A stretch of DNA of 64,000 bases from NCBI GenBank assembly GCA_022791255.1, contig JAAVYR010000003.1, positions 14,634-78,633 on the forward strand. The letters run 5' to 3'. Numbering within the stretch: the stretch's first letter is position 1; each line of letters opens with the position of its first letter. Source of the DNA: Peptococcaceae bacterium. Its GTDB lineage: Bacteria; Bacillota; Dehalobacteriia; UBA4068; JAAVYR01. Shown one piece after another: positions 20,570 through 29,949 of the stretch. The notes under the pieces were generated by a model. It was given only the letters and a program-made list of their open reading frames with translations. It did not search any database and had not been told where the DNA came from. Made by a program: the position numbers and the translations under genes.

Positions 20570-21604
20570 CTAACCTTTACTTCTTATTTTGAATATTTCA
20601 GACAGCTGACGCGCCATGTAATCCACCATAGATACTGTCTTAGAATATGCCATTCTAGTCGGACCCAATACCCCAACGGTTCCTACGATTTTCCCATCTA
20701 CACTGTAGGTGGCTGTTACCAAGCTACATTCTTTCATCTCAGCATATGGCAGCTCCAGCCCGATAGATACATTGACATCTTCCTCTGTTACCGGCGCCAT
20801 TAAGTGCCGCATCCGTTCATCTTGCTCTAAAAGCTCTAAGATATACTTCACTTTATCAATGTCTTGAAACTCCGGCTGCTTCAGCATATTGCTGCTGCCC
20901 ACCAAAAACACTTTGTTATCGCTGCCACTAGCCATACCGCTTGCCTGCACCTTTTTAGCAATAACTGCAGGAGTATTTTCATATTCCCCAGCAAAGAGCT
21001 TGGTCATTTCCGCCAACAGCTGCTCGTTGACAGTGGCAATATCTATTTTTAAGAACTTTTGCCGCAAATGCTGTTCCCACTGACTAAGCACATCCGGCAT
21101 AATAGGACTTTGGAAATCAAATACCCGGTTATTGACCAAGCCGTTTTGGGTAACCATAACCACTAGCACTTGATTGGTTCCTACTAATAAGAGCTGCAAA
21201 TAGTTTAAAGTATCCCCTTCCATGTGAGGCAAAGCCACCAACGCCGTATAATTGGTCAGATGAGAAAGAAGCCGACAAGACTCTTTTAATATCTCATCTA
21301 TTTCTATTAACTTATGAGAAAAAAGATTATTGATTGCAGAGATTTCACCGGGATTAATATTTTCTTTTTCCATTAAATAATCCACAAAATAACGATAACC
21401 CTTTTGAGAAGGGATACGCCCTGCCGAGACATGAGGCTGCTCAATATAGCCCAAATCCTCTAAGTCCGACATTTCATTGCGGATAGTAGCTGAGGAAACC
21501 CCTAAATCATATTTTTTAGCAATGGTGCGAGAACCAACAGGCTCAGCTGTATCTACATAGTCTTTGACAATGGCTTTTAACAGCTTTCTTTTTCTCTCAT
21601 CCAT
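20570..21604 (-). CDS. hrcA: Heat-inducible transcription repressor HrcA
   Basis: EPVGSR, SSATIRNEM, QPHVSAGRIPS and VLGPTRM motifs. Confidence 0.97.
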   Translation of the reverse strand: MDERKRKLLKAIVKDYVDTAEPVGSRTIAKKYDLGVSSATIRNEMSDLEDLGYIEQPHVSAGRIPSQKGYRYFVDYLMEKENINPGEISAINNLFSHKLIEIDEILKESCRLLSHLTNYTALVALPHMEGDTLNYLQLLLVGTNQVLVVMVTQNGLVNNRVFDFQSPIMPDVLSQWEQHLRQKFLKIDIATVNEQLLAEMTKLFAGEYENTPAVIAKKVQASGMASGSDNKVFLVGSSNMLKQPEFQDIDKVKYILELLEQDERMRHLMAPVTEEDVNVSIGLELPYAEMKECSLVTATYSVDGKIVGTVGVLGPTRMAYSKTVSMVDYMARQLSEIFKIRSKG

Positions 21605-21622
21605 AGTTTCTCACCTCTTTTG

Positions 21623-21649
21623 TTAGCACTCTCATCTATTGAGTGCTAA
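21623..21649. promoter_or_regulatory. CIRCE element (HrcA operator)
   Basis: Perfect TTAGCACTC-N9-GAGTGCTAA just upstream of the hrcA RBS. Confidence 0.97.
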
Positions 21650-21659
21650 CCTATAAGAT

Positions 21660-21688
21660 AATATATCACCCGGCGATAGGATTGTCAA
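21660..21688 (-). promoter_or_regulatory. SigA-type promoter of the hrcA-grpE-dnaK operon
   Basis: TTGACA-17 nt-TATATT with an extended TG, directly upstream of CIRCE. Confidence 0.8.
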
Positions 21689-21721
21689 TACCTTCCTCTT
21701 TTATTCTATTCCCTTTCCGTT

Positions 21722-22888
21722 CTATTCCGGCAAAAAAGCAGCAAAAACCGTATTAGCTAGTAGCTGTCCCTGGGCTGAAAGTCGTATACCATTCCCGTTC
21801 ACCAACAATAAACCTGCCTTTTCTAGATGGTCAATTTCTTTTTGATAATAAGTTTCCATCTGCACACCATATTTTTCATTGATTTCCCGATATAAAATCT
21901 CTTCCGTACAGCGCAGCCCCAAGAATACACCCTCTGCCAACACAATACCTGCAGCTAGTGTTTCATGAAAGCCTACCGGCAAACGCCCCGCTTGGAGAGA
22001 CCCTAAATAACTTTTCATATCTATCTCATTAGACCAGCGATAGGCACCATAGCAAGAGGCAGCGCCTAGTCCCAGTCCCAGGTAATTTTCCCGCCGCCAA
22101 TAGTTCAGATTATGCTGGCACTCTCTGCCTGGTTTTGCAAAGTTTGAAATCTCATATTGCTTGTACCCCATTTTCTGGAGATAAGCCCTACCCTCTTGCC
22201 ACATGGCGATTTCCCTGTCTTCATCAGGCAAATCCAGCTGACCTTGCGCATAAGCCTGTCCCCATGGAGATTGCTCCGAGAGATGCAGTCCATAACAGGA
22301 AATATGTTCTACACCTAAGGCCACTGCTTCCTTTAAATTATCTAGCCACTTTTCTACCGTTTGCCCCGGCAGATTAGCCATCAAATCCAGACTGATGTTA
22401 GTAAAGCCACATTCCCTGCCTAGAGCCACTGCCTCTCTCGTATCCGCTGCAGTGTGTAGTCTGCCCATAGCAACTAAATCACGATTATCAAAGCTTTGGG
22501 CCCCCAGAGAGATACGCGTAACCCCTATCTCTTTTAGCCCGGCTAAATAGGATTTATCAATGGTTCCCGGGTTCATTTCCATGGTAATTTCTGAAATCGA
22601 CGCACCACAGCCTGTCGCTCCTTGTCGCACCATTGAGATAATTTCTGCTATAAAATTTATTGGCATGAGACTGGGCGTTCCCCCGCCAAGATAAAGAGTA
22701 ATCTGTTGATTAGCTGCAAAAACACCATCAGGCAACTGTCTCTGCCAAAGGATAAATTCCTGCTGCAAACCATTTAAATAGGCATTTACAACCTCATCTT
22801 TCGGTTTTCCTGGATAAGAGAGGAAGTCGCAATAATTACACTTGCTTAAACAAAAAGGTATATGCACATAAACCGCCGCAAATCCCAT
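21722..22888 (-). CDS. hemW: Radical SAM heme chaperone HemW (HemN-like)
   Basis: HIPFCLSKCNYCDF, GGGTPS, YEISN and HNLNYW (HemW-type HNxxYW); between lepA and hrcA. Confidence 0.92.
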   Translation of the reverse strand: MGFAAVYVHIPFCLSKCNYCDFLSYPGKPKDEVVNAYLNGLQQEFILWQRQLPDGVFAANQQITLYLGGGTPSLMPINFIAEIISMVRQGATGCGASISEITMEMNPGTIDKSYLAGLKEIGVTRISLGAQSFDNRDLVAMGRLHTAADTREAVALGRECGFTNISLDLMANLPGQTVEKWLDNLKEAVALGVEHISCYGLHLSEQSPWGQAYAQGQLDLPDEDREIAMWQEGRAYLQKMGYKQYEISNFAKPGRECQHNLNYWRRENYLGLGLGAASCYGAYRWSNEIDMKSYLGSLQAGRLPVGFHETLAAGIVLAEGVFLGLRCTEEILYREINEKYGVQMETYYQKEIDHLEKAGLLLVNGNGIRLSAQGQLLANTVFAAFLPE

Positions 22889-22926
22889 GATAAACAACCT
22901 TTCTTTATTTCAATTCGCAATAGATA

Positions 22927-22962
22927 AGAGAAAAGCCCAAACCCCCAGTTTGGACTTTTTTA
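22927..22962 (-). terminator. Intrinsic terminator after lepA
   Basis: Minus strand AAAGTCCAAAC-TGGGG-GTTTGGGCTTT followed by TCTCTT. Confidence 0.55.
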
Positions 22963-22972
22963 TACTCTTCAT

Positions 22973-24778
22973 TTATTTATCGATTTCTAATACCGCCATA
23001 AAGGCCTCTTGGGGGATTTCCACGCTGCCCACCTGCTTCATGCGTTTTTTCCCTTCTTTTTGCTTTTCCAGGAGCTTCCGCTTCCGAGTAATATCGCCGC
23101 CATAGCATTTTTCTAAAACATTTTTCCGCATCGCTTTGACGGTTTCCCGAGAAATTACTTTGTTACCGATAGCCGCCTGAATAGGCACTTCAAAGAGCTG
23201 CCGAGGAATAAGACTGCGTAATTTTTCTACTAAAGCCCGTCCCCGATAATAGGCTTTATCCTTATGAACAATGCAGCAAAGAGCGTCTACCACTTCATTG
23301 TTGACCAAAATATCCAGCTTTACCAGGTCGCTTTGTTGATAACCGATTAACTCATAATCGAGAGAAGCATACCCCTTAGTACGAGACTTCAATTGGTCAA
23401 AGAAATCATAAATGATTTCCGATAAGGGCAAGTTATAAGTAATCATCACACGGTTTTCCGTGATATATTCCATGTTTAGGAAGGCCCCCCGTCGCTCTTG
23501 CGCCAGCTCCATAATGCTGCCCACAAAGTCCGACGGCACCATGATTGTAGCCTTTACAAAAGGTTCTTCGATAAAGGCAACCTCTGTTACCGGCGGCAGA
23601 TTGACCGGATTATCAATGACGAGCAGCTCCCCATCATTTTTCGTCACACGGTAGCTTACACTCGGCGCCGTTACCAAGAGCTCCAGCTTATATTCTCGCT
23701 CCAGCCGCTCTTTGATGATTTCCATATGAAGAAGCCCTAAGAACCCACAACGAAAGCCAAAGCCAAGTGCTACAGAAGTTTCTGGTTCAAAGGAGAGAGA
23801 CGCGTCGTTTAATTGCAATTTTTCCAGCGCTTCTTTTAAATCCCCATAAGCATTGTTTTCGATAGGATATAGCCCGCAATAAACCATGGGTGTTGCCTTG
23901 CGATAGCCCGGCAACGGCAGGATAGCCTGATTTTTATTATCAGTAATGGTATCTCCTACCTGGGTATCTTTGACATTTTTGATACTTGCCGTCACATAGC
24001 CTACTTCCCCAGCCGAAAGCTCACTTACGGTTTTCATTGCCGGGGTAAAGATACCCACTTCATTGATTTCCGCTACCTTTTTCGTGCCCATGGTCAGCAT
24101 TTGCATACCAGGATAGATACGCCCTTCCATAACACGGATGTAGGATACTGCACCTTTGTAAGCGTCAAAACAAGAGTCATAAATCAATGCCTGTAATGGT
24201 TCTTCTGGGTTTCCTTTCGGTGGCGGGATGAGATGAACGATCGCTTCTAAGATTTCTTTGGTACCGATACCAGTCTTGGCAGAGGCAAGAATGGCTCCGC
24301 TGGCGTCTAAACCGATAACATCTTCAATTTCCTGTTTTACCTTTTCTGGGTCCGCACTAGGTAAGTCGATTTTATTGATTACCGGGATAATCTCTAGGTC
24401 ATGCTCTAGTGCTAAGTATACATTAGCCAATGTTTGTGCTTCGATGCCTTGAGCCGCATCCACCACAAGGATTGCCCCTTCACAAGCAGCAAGGCTCCTG
24501 GATACTTCATAAGTAAAGTCCACATGTCCCGGGGTATCGATTAAGTTTAAAACATATGCTTCCCCGTCATCAGCTTGATAATTTAAGCGAACGGACTGCA
24601 TTTTAATGGTAATGCCCCGCTCCCGCTCTAAATCCATATTGTCGAGAATTTGCGCTTCCATTTCCCGAGCGCTTACAGCCCCTGTATATTCTAATAATCT
24701 ATCGGCCAGTGTAGATTTCCCATGGTCGATATGGGCGATAATGCAAAAGTTACGAATATTTTCTTGTGGGATTGCCAT
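22973..24778 (-). CDS. lepA: Elongation factor 4 (LepA)
   Basis: [34 protein letters not shown] and [14 protein letters not shown] motifs. Confidence 0.99.
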   Translation of the reverse strand: MAIPQENIRNFCIIAHIDHGKSTLADRLLEYTGAVSAREMEAQILDNMDLERERGITIKMQSVRLNYQADDGEAYVLNLIDTPGHVDFTYEVSRSLAACEGAILVVDAAQGIEAQTLANVYLALEHDLEIIPVINKIDLPSADPEKVKQEIEDVIGLDASGAILASAKTGIGTKEILEAIVHLIPPPKGNPEEPLQALIYDSCFDAYKGAVSYIRVMEGRIYPGMQMLTMGTKKVAEINEVGIFTPAMKTVSELSAGEVGYVTASIKNVKDTQVGDTITDNKNQAILPLPGYRKATPMVYCGLYPIENNAYGDLKEALEKLQLNDASLSFEPETSVALGFGFRCGFLGLLHMEIIKERLEREYKLELLVTAPSVSYRVTKNDGELLVIDNPVNLPPVTEVAFIEEPFVKATIMVPSDFVGSIMELAQERRGAFLNMEYITENRVMITYNLPLSEIIYDFFDQLKSRTKGYASLDYELIGYQQSDLVKLDILVNNEVVDALCCIVHKDKAYYRGRALVEKLRSLIPRQLFEVPIQAAIGNKVISRETVKAMRKNVLEKCYGGDITRKRKLLEKQKEGKKRMKQVGSVEIPQEAFMAVLEIDK

Positions 24779-24834
24779 ATCATCTCACCTGTTCCACTTT
24801 ATTTTTTACCAAACTCGTTATGGAGATTATCTTA

Positions 24835-26454
24835 TCACATTTCCTTCTCTTTGGGTACCTCTTTTCTCCGCCGTTTTAGCTTCCGCATCAGCACCCCTTT
24901 GACCATATCCGCTTCATCCATTTTTAAGTTGATGGTAATGAGTGCATAGACCACAGCACCCACACCGATACTGACTGCCAACTGCATACATTGGGCAAAT
25001 TTCCCTGCCGTGCCCAGGACGCTTGCGCAGCCCAAAGCTGTAAAGTACACCACAGCTGCCATCACGATAGAAGCCAGAAGAATTTTGCCGAAGGATACCA
25101 AAAGATTTTTCTCGTCTACAGAACCGGTCTTTTTCTTTAAGAGCAGCAGCAAGAGGAGCATATTAAAAATACCGCTCAAAGAATAAGCAAGAGCAAGGCC
25201 AGTATGTCCCATCGGTCTTACTAGCGCAATGCTAAGCCCGATATTAAACACAATAGAGGAAACGCTGGCAAATACCGGCGTCATGGTATTTTGCAGGGAA
25301 TAAAAAGTCCTGCTCAACACATGAATAGCGCCATAGGCAAAAAGGCCGATGCAGTAAAACAGCAATGCGTCCGCCGTGGCTTCTGTGGCTGCTGCCGTAA
25401 AAGCACCGCCTTTGAACTCATACATAAAGCGAACAATAGGCACCCGCAGCACCGCTAGCCCCACTGCAGCAGGAATGGTAATAAAGAGCACCGACCGCAG
25501 CCCCAAAGAGGCAGACTGATGAAATTCGTCCATTTCACCTTTAGCTACATGAGCCGTCATAGTAGGGAATACTGCTACTGCAATGGCAATAGCAAAGACC
25601 CCCACCGGTAACTGCATGAGCCGCTGTCCAGTTTTTAAGGCTGCTAACATCCCCGGCGCTAAATCTGAAGCTAAAGCTTGACTGACAAAGCTATTTAGCT
25701 CCTCGATAGATAAGCCAATAAATACCGGCACCATTAGAGCCATAATGCTTTTTACTCCAGGATGAGATAAATCAAAGCTGGGATAATAATGAAAGCCTAC
25801 TTTTTTAAGAGAAGGCACTTGCACCAAGAAATTAATCATGGCCCCCAAAACTACCCCTACCGAAAACCCAGCAATACCATAGCCTGGAAACATCCGTTCA
25901 ATAGGCCCAGCCAGCGTCAAACCGCCAATAATGATACCTAGATTATAAAGAACAGAGCCCAAAGCCGGACTGGTAAAATGCTTGTAAGACTGCAAAATCC
26001 CCTGAGAAATACCAGAAAGGGACATAAAGAATACCTGGATAAACATGATTTTCGTCAGCGCCACCGTCAGCTCCATATAAGTCTCATCAAAGCCCGGTAC
26101 CAATAACTCTATGAGCTGGGGCGTAAAGGCAATCCCAACAGCAATGCCAATAAAGAGTAAAATCATTACCCAGTTTAGGATGATACTAGCCACTCGCCAG
26201 CCTTCTTCTTTATCCTTGGCAATATAACTAGAAAAAACTGGGATAAAGGAAGAACTCAATGCACCGCCTACCAGTATCATATACAAAAAATCAGGAATGG
26301 AAAAAGCCGCATGATAAGCGTCTGTAATTCTGTTTTGACCAAAAGAATTATAGATGAAAACATCTCGTAAATAACCTAAAATACGAGAAGCAATCATCGT
26401 TACCATTAAAAACCCTGCAGCCCGTGCCACTGTGGCATTTTGTTCCTTGCTCAT
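24835..26454 (-). CDS. murJ: Lipid II flippase MurJ (MviN)
   Basis: SRILGYLRD, AFSIPD, GALSSSFIPVF and RLMQLPVGVF motifs; many TM helices. Confidence 0.92.
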   Translation of the reverse strand: MSKEQNATVARAAGFLMVTMIASRILGYLRDVFIYNSFGQNRITDAYHAAFSIPDFLYMILVGGALSSSFIPVFSSYIAKDKEEGWRVASIILNWVMILLFIGIAVGIAFTPQLIELLVPGFDETYMELTVALTKIMFIQVFFMSLSGISQGILQSYKHFTSPALGSVLYNLGIIIGGLTLAGPIERMFPGYGIAGFSVGVVLGAMINFLVQVPSLKKVGFHYYPSFDLSHPGVKSIMALMVPVFIGLSIEELNSFVSQALASDLAPGMLAALKTGQRLMQLPVGVFAIAIAVAVFPTMTAHVAKGEMDEFHQSASLGLRSVLFITIPAAVGLAVLRVPIVRFMYEFKGGAFTAAATEATADALLFYCIGLFAYGAIHVLSRTFYSLQNTMTPVFASVSSIVFNIGLSIALVRPMGHTGLALAYSLSGIFNMLLLLLLLKKKTGSVDEKNLLVSFGKILLASIVMAAVVYFTALGCASVLGTAGKFAQCMQLAVSIGVGAVVYALITINLKMDEADMVKGVLMRKLKRRRKEVPKEKEM

Positions 26455-26589
26455 CGTTTCCCCCAACTACAGTTTTCCGCTGCCAAATCTTGTCTCACTC
26501 TTATTTCAATAGTATATCATACTCCCTGATAATCTACCACTTAAAAACAAAAAATTCCCCATTACTTTCCGCACTTCAATCAATCACCC

Positions 26590-26883
26590 TCACTCTAAAG
26601 GCGTGTCCCCGCCTAAAAACCTTGGTAATCTTATTTGAAATTCCTGCCCCAAAATATCTAAGTAAACCATATCCGCTTCCTTAGCTGCATAGATAACATG
26701 TTCCGGTAATTGAGGGACCATGAGAGACATGCGTTTTGCCGTCATATTTAACCCACCAATAACCAGCACCATCGCAGTGACAATCAGAAACAACCTTCCA
26801 CTAACTCGCAAATATTTTTTAGGTTTTAAAATAACCAAAGCAAACACCTCCCTTGCTAGGTTACCCACGGTGTTTGCTTTCAT
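26590..26883 (-). CDS. Small membrane protein (position of YqxA-like genes downstream of spoIIP)
   Basis: 97-aa ORF with one hydrophobic helix; start uncertain; assignment rests on synteny only. Confidence 0.55.
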   Translation of the reverse strand: MKANTVGNLAREVFALVILKPKKYLRVSGRLFLIVTAMVLVIGGLNMTAKRMSLMVPQLPEHVIYAAKEADMVYLDILGQEFQIRLPRFLGGDTPLE

Positions 26884-27003
26884 ACCTATCTTATTATCCC
26901 GGATACCATCGCTCTTTACAAAAGAACTACCTACTACTACCAGTAATTATTTTCCCTTATGCAGGAAACAACAAGTATCTCTCTCTCGTTCTGTGGCAAG
27001 ACA

Positions 27004-27030
27004 TGTCATGCTGAGAGCAGCGAAGCATCT
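27004..27030 (+). repeat. REP-like palindromic repeat, copy 1
   Basis: TGTCATGCTGAGAGCAGCGAAGCATCT; resembles GTCATCCTGAGCGAAGCGAAGGATCT-type (CGTC-tagged) REP repeats; second copy at 28348. Confidence 0.7.
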
Positions 27031-27041
27031 TTTTATTTTCT

Positions 27042-28274
27042 TTACTCGATAATTTTTATCATTTTCATTGCTTCGTTGCCACTAACTAAGCCATCTTTAC
27101 CTGCAGGAGCCACATCAGTCTTATTTTCATTTGACGCTGGTTTCTCCGCCTCCTTTTGTTTGGGCTGTTTTTTCTCTTCCAGCTTTTCCGCTAAGAGCAC
27201 CGTCTCGATAGCACCTGCCAGATAATCCACTCCTTTTTCTGCCTGTTCCAGGCTAGAATTACTGCACCCCACCTCTACCAGCATCGCTTTGGGAGAAAGA
27301 TGCTGATTATATCTGCCGCTTTGGACCCGTACCGACCGTAAAATTCCCGGTGCCCCACTTTCTAAAGCATTGCCAATTTTCCGAGCAAAAGCAAGATTTT
27401 GCTCCCAGTTTGGATGGTTAGACCGTTTATTGCTGCCCACTACCAACATGAGCCGGGTCACCTCTTCTCCGTTTATCACAGTGGTCAGAGGGTCATCGCT
27501 GCCAATAGCGTCGCGATGGACATCAATAAATATTTCCATGCCAGGGTATTTCTTTTTCATGGCTTCCATAGTATCCAGAGAATTGCTGTAGGATAGTTCC
27601 CAATCAGGATAATCATGAATAGTATCAGATACCACTGCTGGGATACCTCGCTTTGCAAGACTCTCCTTTAAAGCCAAGGCCACCTGATAAATGCCTCCTC
27701 GTTCCCCACTGGCCTTCGCCACGCCATAAGTAGGGATATAGCTTTCCGTAGTATGGGTACAGTAAATACCAATAGGCGCCATATCGCGAAACTCTGCCCG
27801 TGCCGCTAAAATTGTTTCTTCTTCCTCCCCATCTATTCCAGGAATGACAGGCAGCGAGACAGGCTCTTCGCCCTTCACGCCACCATTGGTAGGATTTTCT
27901 TTTATAGCAGAGGTATCCCTACCGCCTAGCCCATGAGGGGTAGCCCAAGCCAAAACCAGTTCCCCGCCGTGCCAGCCATGAGCCAAAGGCAAATCATCTT
28001 GTGCATAAGAAATACCGGGAATACCCAGAAACCCCTGGCTTGCTTCATTTGAGACAGGCAAAACCTCTTCCAAGAAGGTTGTTTCCCCATCTTTGTTAAA
28101 CAGCAGCAAAGAAACGCCTTCTACCACCAAAAAAAGTATTCCTAAAAATATAATGAAAAAAAGAAGGCTTCCCAGTGAAAAGCCCTTTTCATAATTATTT
28201 TGATAGCGATTGTTATATCTATTCCGATATGCTTTTCTTTTATAAGCGTTTTGATTTACCAGCGAATTTAGCAT
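27042..28274 (-). CDS. spoIIP: Stage II sporulation protein P (engulfment amidase/endopeptidase)
   Basis: N-terminal TM anchor; IYCTHTTESY, IDVHRD, RYNQHLS and LVEVG catalytic motifs. Confidence 0.93.
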   Translation of the reverse strand: MLNSLVNQNAYKRKAYRNRYNNRYQNNYEKGFSLGSLLFFIIFLGILFLVVEGVSLLLFNKDGETTFLEEVLPVSNEASQGFLGIPGISYAQDDLPLAHGWHGGELVLAWATPHGLGGRDTSAIKENPTNGGVKGEEPVSLPVIPGIDGEEEETILAARAEFRDMAPIGIYCTHTTESYIPTYGVAKASGERGGIYQVALALKESLAKRGIPAVVSDTIHDYPDWELSYSNSLDTMEAMKKKYPGMEIFIDVHRDAIGSDDPLTTVINGEEVTRLMLVVGSNKRSNHPNWEQNLAFARKIGNALESGAPGILRSVRVQSGRYNQHLSPKAMLVEVGCSNSSLEQAEKGVDYLAGAIETVLLAEKLEEKKQPKQKEAEKPASNENKTDVAPAGKDGLVSGNEAMKMIKIIE

Positions 28275-28347
28275 GTACCTACCCCCTTTGGTTCATCATC
28301 ATCATATGTCCCAAAGAGAAAAATAAGAACAGCAAATTACTCATTAC

Positions 28348-28375
28348 TGTCATCCTGAGCTTTAGCGAAGGATCT
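28348..28375 (+). repeat. REP-like palindromic repeat, copy 2
   Basis: TGTCATCCTGAGCTTTAGCGAAGGATCT; its ATCCT/AGGAT stem covaries with ATGCT/AGCAT in copy 1. Confidence 0.7.
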
Positions 28376-28383
28376 TTAAAAAC

Positions 28384-28423
28384 AAAAAAGTTTTCCTGTC
28401 ATTAATGTAACGATAGGAAAACC
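28384..28423 (-). terminator. Intrinsic terminator after rpsT
   Basis: Minus strand GTTTTCCTATCGTTA-CAT-TAATGACAGGAAAAC followed by TTTTTT. Confidence 0.75.
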
Positions 28424-28452
28424 TTCTCTCATCATTTTCTGATAATAGAAAA

Positions 28453-28713
28453 TTACATATTGTTGAAATGTTTGTATAATTGGGCTTTTTTTCTGTCAGC
28501 AGCATTTTTGTGAATAATCCCTTTGCTGGCGGTTTTATCCAACATTTTTACAGTAGCTACCAATTGTGCTTGGGCTTCTTCTTTATTGCCGGCAGCAACT
28601 ACTGCTGCAAACTTTTTCAACTGAGTCCGCATTGCAGATTTAGCAGCCATATTTCTTTGCCGTCTTGTTTCAGCAACAATAACGCGTTTTTTAGCAGATT
28701 TAATGTTTGGCAC
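28453..28713 (-). CDS. rpsT: 30S ribosomal protein S20
   Basis: (M)PNIKSAKKRV...KGIIHKNAADRKK; GTG 28713 behind GGAGGTG. Confidence 0.97.
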   Translation of the reverse strand: MPNIKSAKKRVIVAETRRQRNMAAKSAMRTQLKKFAAVVAAGNKEEAQAQLVATVKMLDKTASKGIIHKNAADRKKAQLYKHFNNM

Positions 28714-28781
28714 AAGTGTCACCTCCTCATGACAGCCTTAGAATTATATAAAATCAATATTCTACATAATGAACAAGAAAC

Positions 28782-28810
28782 ATTTTACCACGGGAAAATA
28801 AAAAAAGCAA
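28782..28810 (-). promoter_or_regulatory. SigA-type promoter of rpsT
   Basis: TTGCTT-17 nt-TAAAAT with an extended TG. Confidence 0.7.
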
Positions 28811-28870
28811 GTCTCCCGTGCAATAATTCCCAGAAAAATTCTATATTTTTCCGAATTACCATGGCATCAT

Positions 28871-29926
28871 CTATTTATGGGCACAAATTTCTAAAATACC
28901 AATTTGTAATCCCTTGTTTAATTCTAGCTGACCCATTTTATTTTTACAGTCAACATCTAATAATATCATGAGACTTTTCTCCAGACTCTCCAGGGAAAAA
29001 TCATTGCTTTCTTTTGCCGCTTTTTCTATCACAAATGGGTGCTGACCTAATGTCTTTGCAATATCTGCATTACGATATCCAGCCGCTCGCATACATTTTG
29101 TTTGATAAATCAAACGAAATTGCCGCGCCAAAAGCACCAATATCTTTTGCTCCGACTCCCCTTGGCGTATCATCTCCGCCAAAAGCAAAAGACTTTTGCC
29201 ACCATCTTTACTAGCGACTGCATCAATTAAAGCAAAAACCGTAAAAAGACTATTCTGGCTAACAATTTCCTTTGCCTGGTCAAAGGTAACCAAAGGCGCA
29301 CCGCCGCAATAATCAATGAGTTTATCAATTTCTTGGGTTAGTAAAAAGAGATTATTCCCCACCGAGAGGATTAAATAATCCGCTACCGCCTTCTCATAGT
29401 CAGTATGCCGCTTCTGAAACTCCCGACGGATAAACTCATAAACCTCTCCCCCCTGCAACAGAGGAAATTCTACCAGCCGTCCTACCTTTACTACGGCTTT
29501 TACTAGTTTGCGGTTTTTATGGATGCCCGCTTCCGCTAGAAAAATCAGACAAGTATTTTCCACAGGATTAGCAAGATATTCCAAGAGACACTCTAAGTTT
29601 ACCTTGGTCTGTTCTGGCTCTTCTGTTTCCACTGTTTTGCTATTTTTTTTGCCACCACCTAGCCAGAGAGAAGCATTTTCTACCAACACCAATTTCTGAC
29701 TGGAAAAAAAGCCCATGGTTCCGATGGCATTTAGCACTTCATTTACTTCACATTTGCTGGCGTCTATTCGTTCCACATTTAAATCCTCAGTATAGCCGTT
29801 GGTAAAAAACTCCGTAAACTTCCCCACGGCTTCCCGCATATTGTAAAACTCTTCCCCATAAAAAATATATGCAGGTAAATAACTGCCTTTTTCTAATTCT
29901 TTGAGTAGCTTCTGCAATGGTTTCAA
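28871..29926 (-). CDS. holA: DNA polymerase III delta subunit
   Basis: PAYIFYGEE, GFFSSQKLVLV, QEIDKL and LARQFRLI motifs; follows comEC. Confidence 0.93.
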   Translation of the reverse strand: MKPLQKLLKELEKGSYLPAYIFYGEEFYNMREAVGKFTEFFTNGYTEDLNVERIDASKCEVNEVLNAIGTMGFFSSQKLVLVENASLWLGGGKKNSKTVETEEPEQTKVNLECLLEYLANPVENTCLIFLAEAGIHKNRKLVKAVVKVGRLVEFPLLQGGEVYEFIRREFQKRHTDYEKAVADYLILSVGNNLFLLTQEIDKLIDYCGGAPLVTFDQAKEIVSQNSLFTVFALIDAVASKDGGKSLLLLAEMIRQGESEQKILVLLARQFRLIYQTKCMRAAGYRNADIAKTLGQHPFVIEKAAKESNDFSLESLEKSLMILLDVDCKNKMGQLELNKGLQIGILEICAHK

Positions 29927-29949
29927 GCTCCTTGTCTCAAGGTTTATGC

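Noticed and set aside
26932-26963. SigF/SigG promoter for the small membrane protein gene (TGCATA...GGTAGTAGTA)
   Set aside because: Spacing is one base too long for either consensus and the -10 is part of a TAG triplet repeat.
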